Below, piece after piece: positions 49,959 through 59,129 of a stretch of 64,000 nucleotides of DNA. Source of the DNA: an uncultured Candidatus Saccharibacteria bacterium (GTDB lineage: Bacteria; Patescibacteriota; Minisyncoccia; Phycocordibacterales; UBA6899); contig CAZERF010000006.1 in assembly GCA_964515375.1 (NCBI GenBank), positions 16,133 to 80,132 of the forward strand. The letters are read 5' to 3'. How positions within the stretch are numbered: position 1 is the first letter of the stretch; every line of letters starts with the position of its first letter. The notes beneath the pieces are model-generated. The model did not search any database and was not told the DNA's origin. It saw only the letters and a program-made list of their open reading frames with translations. The position numbers and the translations under genes were made by a program.

Positions 49959-50627
49959 ATATTTGCCGTGGATGTCATCGCGGATGACTTTCCCATTCTC
50001 CATCGTCACCACTCTCTTCTTGAGTGCATCGATGATGCCCTTGTTGTGCGTGGTCAAGATGACCGTCGTCCCCATGTCGTTGATCTTCTTTAGGATCTGA
50101 ATGATGTCGTAAGTGTTCACGGGATCAAGATTGCCCGTCGGTTCATCGGCAATGAGCACGTCCGGCTGAGAAATGATCGCACGGGCGATCGCGACACGCT
50201 GCTTCTCCCCTCCCGAAAGCTCTCCCGGAAAATGAAGTGCCTTCGAAGAAAGGTCGACAAGCTCGAGGACCTGGGGCACATCAGCACGGATCTCTTCGTC
50301 GCTCCGCCCCGCCGCTTCCATTGCAAAAGCGATGTTCTCGTATGCGGTTTTGTTGGGAAGAAGGCGAAAATCCTGAAACACGGTCCCGATGCGTCGACGA
50401 TACTCGGGGACATGATGCGACTTGATCCGGTGAATATTGGTAGACTCAAAAAAGACGGCGCCGGAGGTCGGGCGATCCTCGGCAAGGAGGATGCGCAGAA
50501 GCGTGGTCTTGCCCGCTCCGGAATGTCCGACAATGGAAAGGAACTCTCCGGGCTCGATACCGAAGGTCACATCGGCGAGCGCCGCATGGTCAGAGTAGAG
50601 TTTTGTGACATTATCGAAATAGATCAT
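49950..50627 (-). CDS. ftsE: Cell-division ATPase FtsE
   Basis: GHSGAGKTT, RRRIGTVFQDFRLL, LSGGEKQRVAIARA, GTTVILTTH. Confidence 0.93.
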   Translation of the reverse strand: MIYFDNVTKLYSDHAALADVTFGIEPGEFLSIVGHSGAGKTTLLRILLAEDRPTSGAVFFESTNIHRIKSHHVPEYRRRIGTVFQDFRLLPNKTAYENIAFAMEAAGRSDEEIRADVPQVLELVDLSSKALHFPGELSGGEKQRVAIARAIISQPDVLIADEPTGNLDPVNTYDIIQILKKINDMGTTVILTTHNKGIIDALKKRVVTMENGKVIRDDIHGKYIL

Positions 50628-50668
50628 AGGTAGTAGGTAGTAGGTAGTAGGTAGTAGGTAGTAGGTAG
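50627..50668. repeat. (TAGGTAG)x6 tandem heptamer
   Basis: Six perfect copies; on the minus strand the last base is the A of the ftsE ATG. Confidence 0.95.
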
Positions 50669-50750
50669 TTTCCGCTACGAGAAAATTATATCACGGATCA
50701 ACACGATGTAAAAAAAACGGAAAAGAATATCGCGCGAACAATCAGGTGCA

Positions 50751-51629
50751 CTACAACCCAAGCGCCTTCTCCGCTTCGATGAATTCGTCGAGTTCTCCGC
50801 GCTCAAGCACCGCGTCTACCTTTGCGGTCTCGACATCGGTACGATGATCCTTGACCATCTTGTATGGATGAAGCACGTATGAGCGGATCTGACTCCCCCA
50901 CTCCACCTTGGTGGTCTTGGAAACATACAGCTTCTCCTTTTCTTCATCGGAGAGTGATTCAGTCGCATGGAAAACCTTCGCGGCGAGAAGCTCGAGCGCG
51001 CGTTCGCGATTCTGGAGTTGTGAGCGCTCGGAAGAAACGTGAACCGCAATGCCGGTCGGCTCATGGATTGCGCGCACGGCGGTCTCGCGCTTGTTCACAT
51101 TCTGCCCTCCCGCTCCGCCGGACTTCGCAAACTCGAGGCGCACTTCCGCTTCGGGGAGCGTGGCGATCTCGCCCTTCTTGAACTTGGGAATGACCTCCAC
51201 CATCGAAAAGGATGTCTGACGTTTCGCATTGGCATTAAAGGGAGAGATGCGCACCAGACGATGGACGCCGCTCTCACCCTTCAATTCTCCAAAAGACGAC
51301 TTACCGACCACCTCAAACGTCAAACTTCGATATCCTCCGTGATCGTTCTCGTTCTCGTTCAAAACCTCGTAGCCCCATCCGCGGCGCTCGCAAAATTTGA
51401 AATACATGCGCGCGAGCATCGCCGAAAAATCTTCCGCGTCATCGCCTCCCGCTCCCGAGAAGATGGTCACAACGGCGTTGGCCTTGTCGTACTTTCCTTC
51501 ACCCTCTGCGACCGTCTTCAATTCCTGCAATTCTTTGATCATCGCCTGTGCCTTGTCCTTGTCCGCCCAGAAATCAGGCGACATCATGGCCTCTTCTATA
51601 GTGGCGATCCGTGCTTGTGTCTCGTCCAT
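50751..51629 (-). CDS. prfB: Peptide chain release factor 2, shortened (292 aa)
   Basis: [11 protein letters not shown] (SPF), [23 protein letters not shown]. Confidence 0.9.
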   Translation of the reverse strand: MDETQARIATIEEAMMSPDFWADKDKAQAMIKELQELKTVAEGEGKYDKANAVVTIFSGAGGDDAEDFSAMLARMYFKFCERRGWGYEVLNENENDHGGYRSLTFEVVGKSSFGELKGESGVHRLVRISPFNANAKRQTSFSMVEVIPKFKKGEIATLPEAEVRLEFAKSGGAGGQNVNKRETAVRAIHEPTGIAVHVSSERSQLQNRERALELLAAKVFHATESLSDEEKEKLYVSKTTKVEWGSQIRSYVLHPYKMVKDHRTDVETAKVDAVLERGELDEFIEAEKALGL

Positions 51630-51730
51630 GTCCTCGATACTACCACGCGACGAAAAGAACGACCAGAACCAAAAGAAAGACCGCGACGTAGCTGGCGTCG
51701 CGGTCGTTATTTCAGAAGAAAGCACACTGT

Positions 51731-53200
51731 TCACTTCTCCATTTGCGTGTCTTCAAGGTAATCAAGAAACTCCAAGAACTTATCGGCATATCCCGGGGTC
51801 TCACCGTTGAGACGTTTGCCGTATGTGGTGTAGGAGCGCTTGCCGGGGCGCACAACACGAACCTTTTTCGACAAACTCAAGGAGCGAGGGAGCACAATAT
51901 CGACGGCCTCCGCGTCCGGATGCTTCTCGTGAACCTTGCGAAAGAGCTCTCGTGCCCAACGTGGACCTCCGTTGTATGCGGCGATCAAGTAGATACCGCC
52001 GAGTACCGGGTTGCGCAAGTAGAGCTCGTGCGTTTCGGGAAGACCCGCAAGATTGAGGTCGAGGAGACACATGGCCGCCTTCCCCGCGTTGCGAAAATCC
52101 CGCACACCGCTCTCGTACGACGGATCGAGTCCCGCATTCGGGCACATACGCACGACAGTGTCGTAAGTCGGCACATTCCGCGAGTTCATGAACTGCCATG
52201 CACCCGATGCCCCCGCGGAAGAAACGCTGTACGCATTCCCCTCTCCACGATTGAGCGCGTAAACAACAAGCGCTCCTTCGATGGTGTCCCGACGCGCAAA
52301 CTCAACACACGACCGACGCTTCACTTCCATGATGATCGCGGGGTCAATACGCGGATTCTCGTCATCGCCCTCCTCGATCCCGGCACACGCGATGTTCCCG
52401 TTGTACTGTCCTTGATCCATGTGTTCGATCACAGGAACCGACATAAGGACTTCCGGCGGGATGATCTCGGTCAAACGACGCCCCGGAAACGCATGAGATG
52501 CCACATTGCGCGCATCCAGATCCGCGCGGATCGCTTCCGCCTCCGCAAAGAGCCACGTAAGCGCGATGCGATCGAGACCGATTCCGTGAAAGTCGGGATG
52601 ATCGGGAGTAAGGTCGACATATTCCATCCCGAGTCGCATCGCGGAAGGGTCTCCCAAATTGAACGCGCGCGAAGCAAATCGCACGTGCTTCACTCGGTAC
52701 ACCGTAAGCGGACGACCGTGCAAAGAAAGGCTGACCGAAAGACGACTCACGCCAAATCCGGATCCGGGGACTCGTGTCGCAACATACCCGCCCTCGGTGA
52801 TCGGAATGATCGAAAAGCGCTGTTCTCGCCATGCGGGAGAGCGCGTCCAATCATCACGAGAAAAATGAGTCATCCGCGCGATGACGGTATGCCATTTCCC
52901 TTCTTCCTCGTCATACGCGCAAAGCGCGAGAGGTCGCAAGACAACACGACCGTTCCGAGAGACCACCAGTTCAGGAGAAAGCGAGACTGCTCGACACAAC
53001 TCGGTCGCCTCTTTCACCAGACGGACCGCGCGTTCCGCTTCCGACTCCTTCTTCTGTTCCGTTTCGTACGCGAGAGATTCTTCAGGCAGGATCGACGAAA
53101 CATTCGATAACTGAGAAGCGGGTGGCGGCAACGCACACCCGTTGAGAAAGATCGATACAAAAAGCGCGACCGCAAACACACGACAAAAAACGACACACAT
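51731..53200 (-). CDS. Lipoprotein with lytic-transglycosylase (SLT-like) C-terminal domain
   Basis: Lipobox LNGC; [12 protein letters not shown] and IAAYNGGP motifs. Confidence 0.7.
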   Translation of the reverse strand: MCVVFCRVFAVALFVSIFLNGCALPPPASQLSNVSSILPEESLAYETEQKKESEAERAVRLVKEATELCRAVSLSPELVVSRNGRVVLRPLALCAYDEEEGKWHTVIARMTHFSRDDWTRSPAWREQRFSIIPITEGGYVATRVPGSGFGVSRLSVSLSLHGRPLTVYRVKHVRFASRAFNLGDPSAMRLGMEYVDLTPDHPDFHGIGLDRIALTWLFAEAEAIRADLDARNVASHAFPGRRLTEIIPPEVLMSVPVIEHMDQGQYNGNIACAGIEEGDDENPRIDPAIIMEVKRRSCVEFARRDTIEGALVVYALNRGEGNAYSVSSAGASGAWQFMNSRNVPTYDTVVRMCPNAGLDPSYESGVRDFRNAGKAAMCLLDLNLAGLPETHELYLRNPVLGGIYLIAAYNGGPRWARELFRKVHEKHPDAEAVDIVLPRSLSLSKKVRVVRPGKRSYTTYGKRLNGETPGYADKFLEFLDYLEDTQMEK

Positions 53201-53276
53201 GTTCAAGTTCCTCCAAAAAAAATGAACAATCCACTTCTCAGGGTAGCGGAATGACAGAAAAAATCAAATAACAAAA

Positions 53277-53316
53277 ACCCGCGAAGCCGGAGGCACTGTG
53301 CCTCCGCTTCGCGGGT
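53277..53316. repeat. GC-rich intergenic palindrome
   Basis: ACCCGCGAAGC-C-GGAGGCAC-T-GTGCCTCC-GCTTCGCGGGT. Confidence 0.7.
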
Positions 53317-53336
53317 CAAAAAACAAAAAGAACTGC

Positions 53337-55940
53337 TCAATCAGGATCGGAAGAGATCTGCTCCTCATCGGAAAGCGGAGGTCCTTCGATCTCATCGGGC
53401 ATCACCAGTGCATTGTTCAACTCCTCAAGAAGCACCGGATCGGTTGTCACATCGAACGGATCAACAACGATCGGCAGTTCAAGCCCCGATTCCTCCTGAA
53501 GAGACAGCTTCTTGCGATGCTCCCATTCAAGCAAGACACCGTCCTGATATATCGGACGGAACGCATTGCCCGGCTGAAGAAGCCCGCGTTTCTCTTGCAA
53601 GAACTTCAGGACCGTCGCCGCGGCGTGTGTCCAATTCCGTCCGCCAGTCTCGGCGGCTTGTCCTCCTCCGAGTCGCCCGCGTGTTCCGAGCGCGTGATCT
53701 TTCGAGTCTTTTCCCATCCAGAAGAGAAGCATCACACCCTGTTCCGGATGTGCGGCCGGTCCGGGTACATAGAGGATAAGCCACACATCGGAAGTGCGAC
53801 CGTCCGCGTTGGTTGCCGTGCCGGTCTTGCCCGCGATCTGCCCCGATGTTTCTTCAGGGAAAACGATCACGCGCGCGTCCCGCTCTTTCTTGGAGAGCTT
53901 CCACACTTCACTCCCCAGAGGGTCGAGAAACGGGATCACCCCACGACGCAACGACTTCACCGTGCCGTAAGAATCTTCCACCGGCCCTCGAAGCACTTCG
54001 GTCATGACGAGCGATACCGCAGGATGAAGGACACGTTCGGGAACATTCCGACGCTCCCCCTTCAGGTCGCACGGAAGAGGTATCCCGTTCTCGTCCTTCG
54101 AAAGTAGCGAGCGTCCGTCCTTGCAGAGATCATTCACATAACGAGGAGTGACCTTGTACCCTCCATTCAGAAAGGCGATCGTCCCCGCCATGCCAAGCGG
54201 ATTGATCTCCGACGCGCCGATCGCGGTGGTCGGATAGGGTTGAAGCGGATGCTTCTCGTCCTTTGGCATACCAAGACGATGCGCAAGCTCAATGATGTTC
54301 TTGATCCCCGCCTGCTGTCCCGCACGGATCGCCGCGGTATTCTGCGAACGACCGAGCGCTTCGACGCACGTCATCATCCCCCAATAGCGCGGAGTCTTTG
54401 CGTTGCGCGAATGGAAGTTTTGGATGATATGCACTCCGCGACCACGACCGAGTGAGACACCGACGGGCGCATCGAGTACACGACACGACCGCAACGCCTC
54501 TTCAGTCAACGCATCGAGCGTGCTCGGCGACTTTTCAGACGCAAGCAACTTTGTGACAAGATGTTCGGCCAATCCTCCATAAGTAAAGATCTTGAACGTC
54601 GATCCGGGCTGGCGGTGCCCCTGACGGATAACGTTGTACTTGAAGCGGGAAAAATCGATATTCCCCACCTCGGCGAGTACCGCTCCGTCAAAACGCACTG
54701 CGATCGCGGCGGCACGCAGATGCGCGTTGTCCGGATCGTTCGGATACCGCGCAAGGTGAGTACGCACCGCACCTGAAACAGCATTCGTAAGTGCTTCCTG
54801 CAACTCATCGTCTCGCGTGACCGCAAGTGTCAGTCCTCCCGTATTGAGCGGAAACCGATCGGCATACGACACGCGCACGCTTTCAAGGAAATAATCACGC
54901 ACCCCACATCCGGCCGACGGCATGATGATCTCGTTCCGCAGATCGTTGTCGATCGCGTCGGACGCACGCGCAAATTCAAGCGACGAGATATACCCGTCCT
55001 CAAACATGCGCTCAAGCACACGTCGTGTGCCCGCGGCAACTTCTCCCCAATTCCCTTCGCGGATCGTCTGCGGCGGACCCCCGACCCGAAGAACCATCTT
55101 GCGGTCGGGAAGTGCCGGCTTGTTGATGAGCGAGGCAATGAAGGCAGCCTGATGAAGCGACAACTGAGGCGCGGAACGCCCAAAGTATGAACGGCTTGCC
55201 GACTCGACACCATACTGACCACGACCAAAATACGGCATATTCGCGTAACGCAAGAGGAGTTGTTCCTTGGTAAAGACTCGCTCCAAACGCAAGGCAGTGA
55301 CGATGTCTTGCAATTTCTCTTCTTTCGTCGAACGACGTCCTACCCCGTTCCGCAATTCCTTTCCAACCTGCATCGTGATCGTTGAGGCGCCGGAGGAACT
55401 TTCCCCGATGAGCGTCTTGAACGCGGCGCGATAGATCGCACGCATGTCAACGCCGTCATGTTCCCAAAACGATTTATCTTCCGAGGCAACAAGTGCGTAT
55501 CGAAAGTATGGCGGTATCTCCTCAAAGGTCTCGAACTTGATCCGATGTTCCGGAGAAGAGATACACGACATGCGCGTACTTCCGTCCGCGCCGAAGATCT
55601 CGGTCTGTTCGGCGTAATACCTTGGATCGCGGAGCTTGGTGGGCACAAAACGATCGGTGCCAACATGTCGATCAACAAATTCAGGATATGCAAGATCCAG
55701 CACGTTGATCAATTCCGGTGCGTAAAGTCCGCCCAAAAGCACGGAAACAAAAACAGCAAAGACAACCCCGAGCGAGACAAAGACCCAACGAAATAATGAT
55801 CTGAAAAATCGCAAAACCCCCCGAAGAATTTTTCCGACAAACGTCCAGAGTCCGCGAAGCAGTCGCATCGGATGATACCGGCGACGCTCCTTCCCTTCTC
55901 GGCGTTCCAAAGTTCCCTCTTCATGACGCGAAGCGCCCAT
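53337..55940 (-). CDS. Class A penicillin-binding protein (PBP1A-like)
   Basis: ASEDKSFWEHDG, GASTITMQ, YGVESAS; STFK, SQN, KTG. Confidence 0.92.
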   Translation of the reverse strand: MGASRHEEGTLERREGKERRRYHPMRLLRGLWTFVGKILRGVLRFFRSLFRWVFVSLGVVFAVFVSVLLGGLYAPELINVLDLAYPEFVDRHVGTDRFVPTKLRDPRYYAEQTEIFGADGSTRMSCISSPEHRIKFETFEEIPPYFRYALVASEDKSFWEHDGVDMRAIYRAAFKTLIGESSSGASTITMQVGKELRNGVGRRSTKEEKLQDIVTALRLERVFTKEQLLLRYANMPYFGRGQYGVESASRSYFGRSAPQLSLHQAAFIASLINKPALPDRKMVLRVGGPPQTIREGNWGEVAAGTRRVLERMFEDGYISSLEFARASDAIDNDLRNEIIMPSAGCGVRDYFLESVRVSYADRFPLNTGGLTLAVTRDDELQEALTNAVSGAVRTHLARYPNDPDNAHLRAAAIAVRFDGAVLAEVGNIDFSRFKYNVIRQGHRQPGSTFKIFTYGGLAEHLVTKLLASEKSPSTLDALTEEALRSCRVLDAPVGVSLGRGRGVHIIQNFHSRNAKTPRYWGMMTCVEALGRSQNTAAIRAGQQAGIKNIIELAHRLGMPKDEKHPLQPYPTTAIGASEINPLGMAGTIAFLNGGYKVTPRYVNDLCKDGRSLLSKDENGIPLPCDLKGERRNVPERVLHPAVSLVMTEVLRGPVEDSYGTVKSLRRGVIPFLDPLGSEVWKLSKKERDARVIVFPEETSGQIAGKTGTATNADGRTSDVWLILYVPGPAAHPEQGVMLLFWMGKDSKDHALGTRGRLGGGQAAETGGRNWTHAAATVLKFLQEKRGLLQPGNAFRPIYQDGVLLEWEHRKKLSLQEESGLELPIVVDPFDVTTDPVLLEELNNALVMPDEIEGPPLSDEEQISSDPD

Positions 55941-56024
55941 GATAGCTCTCCTTATGTGAGCAATTTTTAAAAAACCAGTCCAAAGAATATCCTAGCCGTT
56001 GCACCGGCTTTTGCAAGCGAAAGA

Positions 56025-56717
56025 TCAGTACGCCTTCTGGAGGTACGCCGTCACCGTGCGCCGCTTGAACGCTTTGCCGTCTTTCATGTGTTTGTGCGAA
56101 CGCTCGATCTTGCAGACCTCAAAATAGGGTTCAAAATGCTCGCGGAGTGAACGCTCGGTCCACACATGCTCCGCAACTCCCATTTCGGGATGAATATAAG
56201 TATCCTCCTCCTGCGCGGGACTCTCCTTAAGCAAGCGCTTCACATGAAGATCTTTCTCGGCAAGAAATGATTTGAAGAAAAGCCACCCTTCGGGGCGCAA
56301 CACACGCAACACCTCATCGCGAAGAGTTTCGCGAGCCTTCGCGTCAAGAAAATGCGAGGTCATCATGTCGAGAACGATGGTCACGGACGAGTCGGGAAGA
56401 TCGAGCAATCCTTCGATCGAACGAACGGCATACACGATCGGCAATTCTTTCGAGGCCACTTCCGCCTGCTTTACCGCTTCACTCGAGATATCATACCCTT
56501 CTCCTCGCATGCCATACGTCTTCGCGAGATAAATGAGATTACGCCCGTTACCCGAACCGAGATCAAGCGCCTTCGTTGTGACGTTCAAAAAACGCTTGCC
56601 ATAATTGCGCTCAAGCCAACGGCAGAACTTCTCGAGGTCCTCGGCGGGCTCATCGGACAGACGAAGATGTTTTGCGGTGCGATATTCATTGTTCCAAAAC
56701 TGCTGGTGCTTTGACAT
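56025..56717 (-). CDS. Class I SAM-dependent methyltransferase
   Basis: ALDLGSGNGRN, YDIS, RVLRPEG. Confidence 0.88.
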   Translation of the reverse strand: MSKHQQFWNNEYRTAKHLRLSDEPAEDLEKFCRWLERNYGKRFLNVTTKALDLGSGNGRNLIYLAKTYGMRGEGYDISSEAVKQAEVASKELPIVYAVRSIEGLLDLPDSSVTIVLDMMTSHFLDAKARETLRDEVLRVLRPEGWLFFKSFLAEKDLHVKRLLKESPAQEEDTYIHPEMGVAEHVWTERSLREHFEPYFEVCKIERSHKHMKDGKAFKRRTVTAYLQKAY

Positions 56718-56769
56718 AAACGCATGATAGCGTGTTTTCCTTTTTCCGCAATGGAGTGAGAGAAACCTT

Positions 56770-56815
56770 TGGAGCCGTTGCCCGTGGATTCCACCAGGGA
56801 CCTTCTTGTTATGGG
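56770..56815 (-). pseudogene. Degenerate 3'-half tRNA-Thr fragment
   Basis: TGGAGCCGTTGCCCG identical to the 3' end of tRNA-Thr(GGT); degenerate T-arm; GGGACCTTCT shared with both Thr tRNAs. Confidence 0.65.
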
Positions 56816-56853
56816 TGATCGGCTTCGCAGTGAAAGTGAGACCTTCAAACCTT

Positions 56854-56929
56854 TGGAGCCAGAGCCCGGGATTGAACCGGGGACCTTCTCGTTACGAGTG
56901 AGACGCTCTACCAACTGAGCTACTCTGGC
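56854..56929 (-). tRNA. tRNA-Thr(CGT)
   Basis: GCCAGAG acceptor, CTCGTAA loop, TTCAAT T-loop, CCA encoded. Confidence 0.95.
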
Positions 56930-57149
56930 CTATAAACATATATTCAATTACATCTCTCATCTCCCGCCTCGTCCCACTCGCAACGAGTGAGCCGGCTGAG
57001 TACTTTTCTTGCCAACTCCGCTACTCTCCCCTACACACAGTACGTATTGGATTTTAAACACCCTCAACATAAGCCGAACGTGACCATTCTATACAAAATT
57101 AAGAAAAATGAAAAGGGGCCCAATGGACCCCTCGGAAACAGGATGGTAA

Positions 57150-57362
57150 TCACGGCACCTTGCGACCTTGGTCATCAATCCCATGGGAATGCTCAGGAAC
57201 TTCCACATCGTTCCCGTAATCATCGATCACATGCTCGCAGTGCGGACACCCGTCTTTTTTGCACTCCCCGCATTCGGGGTCGTCTTTTGCGTCAGAAACA
57301 CGCATCGCAAATGCCGAAAGGATCGAAGGAACCGACGGTTCCAAAAATTTGAGGTAGTTCAT
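57150..57362 (-). CDS. Small CxxC-x4-CxxC protein (70 aa)
   Basis: AAGGAG SD, TTTACA-16-TACTAT promoter, terminator 57111..57132; CGECKKDGCPHC. Confidence 0.6.
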   Translation of the reverse strand: MNYLKFLEPSVPSILSAFAMRVSDAKDDPECGECKKDGCPHCEHVIDDYGNDVEVPEHSHGIDDQGRKVP

Positions 57363-57457
57363 GAACTGCTCCTTAGAAAAGTACACCGGGAAAAATCCAT
57401 ACTGATAGTACTGCACCAACAAAAAATGTAAAGCAAACCGGCCTTTCGGCCGGTTTC

Positions 57458-57679
57458 TCAGTGCAATTGGAAACGTTTTATGTTCCGGTGCAACACCCTG
57501 CACATGTCCGGAAACGCAACGATCCACAGGAAGACAAAGAACAAAAACGCGAGAAGTCCAATTCCAGTCCAGCGAACGACGGCTCTTCCTTTACGCAGAG
57601 AACGCTCGGGCAAATAAGAGATGGTCCGCGTAATCGCGCGAAGTGAAAGTATCGATTCATTGTGAATATTGCGGCGCAT
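57458..57679 (-). CDS. Small basic single-TM protein (73 aa)
   Basis: GGAGG SD; TM WTGIGLLAFLFFVFLWIVAF; terminator 57435..57456. Confidence 0.5.
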   Translation of the reverse strand: MRRNIHNESILSLRAITRTISYLPERSLRKGRAVVRWTGIGLLAFLFFVFLWIVAFPDMCRVLHRNIKRFQLH

Positions 57680-57921
57680 AAGAAGCCTCCCCACTTGAAA
57701 AATACGATCTCTCCTGATGCTATACCTCGTGATATTTTTTGCAAATATTCGAGCAAACAAAAATGTGACCTTTAAGTTTCAAAAAAAAGAGCCAGGACAA
57801 CGCGGTTTGATTTACACAGAAGAACCTCAAAAAAATGATGGTCCCGTGAATTCTACATGAGAACCCTTGTCTTACTTGGCACGACTTCAGAGTAAAGTAC
57901 GAAAAAATATAAACCAAAAAT

Positions 57922-57997
57922 TGGAGCCGTTGCCCGGGATTGAACCGGGGACCTTCTCCTTACCATGGAGATGCTCTACCAGCTGAGCTACAACGGC
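57922..57997 (-). tRNA. tRNA-Thr(GGT)
   Basis: GCCGTTG acceptor, TCTCC-ATGGTAA-GGAGA, CCA encoded. Confidence 0.96.
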
Positions 57998-58109
57998 AAT
58001 GACTGAACACGGCTATGGTACACCAGATCGACATTTCAATCAATAGAATGAACGGTGTGTGAAACACGAGGAAACACCTTTTTGAGGCAATCAACAAAAA
58101 AAAATTCCC

Positions 58110-58138
58110 TTGCATAAAATGTTAGATTCGCCTATAAT
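58110..58138 (+). promoter_or_regulatory. Promoter for initiator tRNA
   Basis: TTGCAT-17 bp-TATAAT. Confidence 0.7.
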
Positions 58139-58199
58139 CCCAATATTCTTGTTTGGAAAGACTCATCGCTCAAGCAGAGGGTCCTGAAAACAAACACGA

Positions 58200-58270
58200 A
58201 GCGGGATGGAGGAGCGGTACCTCGTCAGGCTCATAACCTGAAGGCCCTGGTTCGATTCCAGGTCCCGCAA
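58200..58270 (+). tRNA. Initiator tRNA-Met(CAT)
   Basis: 1:72 mismatch, GCGGGA/TCCCGC acceptor, TCAGG-CTCATAA-CCTGA. Confidence 0.88.
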
Positions 58271-58371
58271 CATGAACAAAAGAACATCCCTCCAAGAGAG
58301 GGATGTTCTTTTGTTTGCGTGGAATAAAGAGGTATTGCCGTTTCTGAATTTTTTGCTATGATTCGTGCATT

Positions 58372-58445
58372 GTCGGCGTAGCTCAGTCGGTTAGAGCGTG
58401 GGACTCATAAGCCCGAGGTCGGAGGTTCGATTCCTCCCGCCGACA
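58372..58445 (+). tRNA. tRNA with CAT anticodon (elongator Met more likely than Ile2)
   Basis: GTCGGCG/CGCCGAC acceptor, CTCATAA loop, TTCGATT T-loop. Confidence 0.88.
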
Positions 58446-58643
58446 CAAGAAAGACACACCAGTGGCTTTCGGTTCGGCGAGCGGGTGAAGATTTCTCTCG
58501 TCGTACATGTGTTTTGATTTTCTGTGAGTTGTGCTAGGATAGGAACGTTCGCGATGATAAGAAATGCTGATAAAAAAACATTCTTGTCCACCGCGGCATT
58601 CGGAGAAAATAAGAATGATGCATTTTTATTTTCATCCTCATTT

Positions 58644-58717
58644 GCGGTGGTAGCTCAACTGGTTAGAGCACCCGCCTGTCACGTGGGAGGTTGCGGGTTC
58701 GAGTCCCGTCCGCCGCG
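58644..58717 (+). tRNA. tRNA-Asp(GTC)
   Basis: GCGGTGG/CCGCCGC acceptor, CTGTCAC loop, G73. Confidence 0.95.
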
Positions 58718-59129
58718 CAAATGCAAAAGCACCCCGAAAGGGGTGGTTTTGTTTGTGCGGTGGAGGAAGCATCTGCATGCTTCCGTGCGGGACGAGAAAA
58801 CCTTGGTGATGTTTTGGCCCTGCAAAACCACCAAGGTGTACCGCTCCAGTAAGGAGAGAGTCCCGTCCGCCGCGCAAATGCAAAAATCCGCTGTTTAGGC
58901 GGATTTTTGTTTGCGTGGCGGAGGAAGTGCCCTGCGGCACTTCCGACGGGACTCGAAAGGGTTTTCGTTATTTATGAGCGCATCGCGCGAATAAATCGAA
59001 AACCACCCGCGGCGGTAGCCGAGAGTCCCCGTATTTTCACCGCGCAAATGCAAAAGCACCCCGAAAGGGGTGATTTTGTTTGTGCGGTGGAGGAAGCATC
59101 TGCATGCTTCCGAAAATAAACGAGGAGTC
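58701..59129 (+). repeat. Three-unit tRNA-Asp-3'-end-derived structured repeat array
   Basis: Units start at 58701, 58858, 59023 with GAGTCCC...CCGCGCAAATGCAAAA. Confidence 0.9.

Noticed and set aside
51630-51734. Upstream prfB segment or programmed frameshift
   Set aside because: No RF2-like peptide or CTT-TGA site; a -10 box lies 7 nt before ATG 51629.
51743-53110. Long antisense ORFs (also 2803..3675, 4136..4972, 6790..7629, 19666..20652, 53298..54107)
   Set aside because: Shadows of well-supported genes in GC-rich coding DNA; no motifs or expression signals.
56960-57040. yybP-ykoY riboswitch or tRNA-like sequence (GGGGAGAGTAGCGGAGTTGGCAA, minus strand)
   Set aside because: Only a partial motif; no cloverleaf or downstream CAAGAC element.
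58146-58199. Riboswitch before initiator tRNA
   Set aside because: Only short, weak stems; consistent with an ordinary pre-tRNA leader.
58701-59129. CRISPR array
   Set aside because: Units are ~160 bp, tRNA-derived and structured throughout; no short constant repeat with unique spacers and no cas genes.
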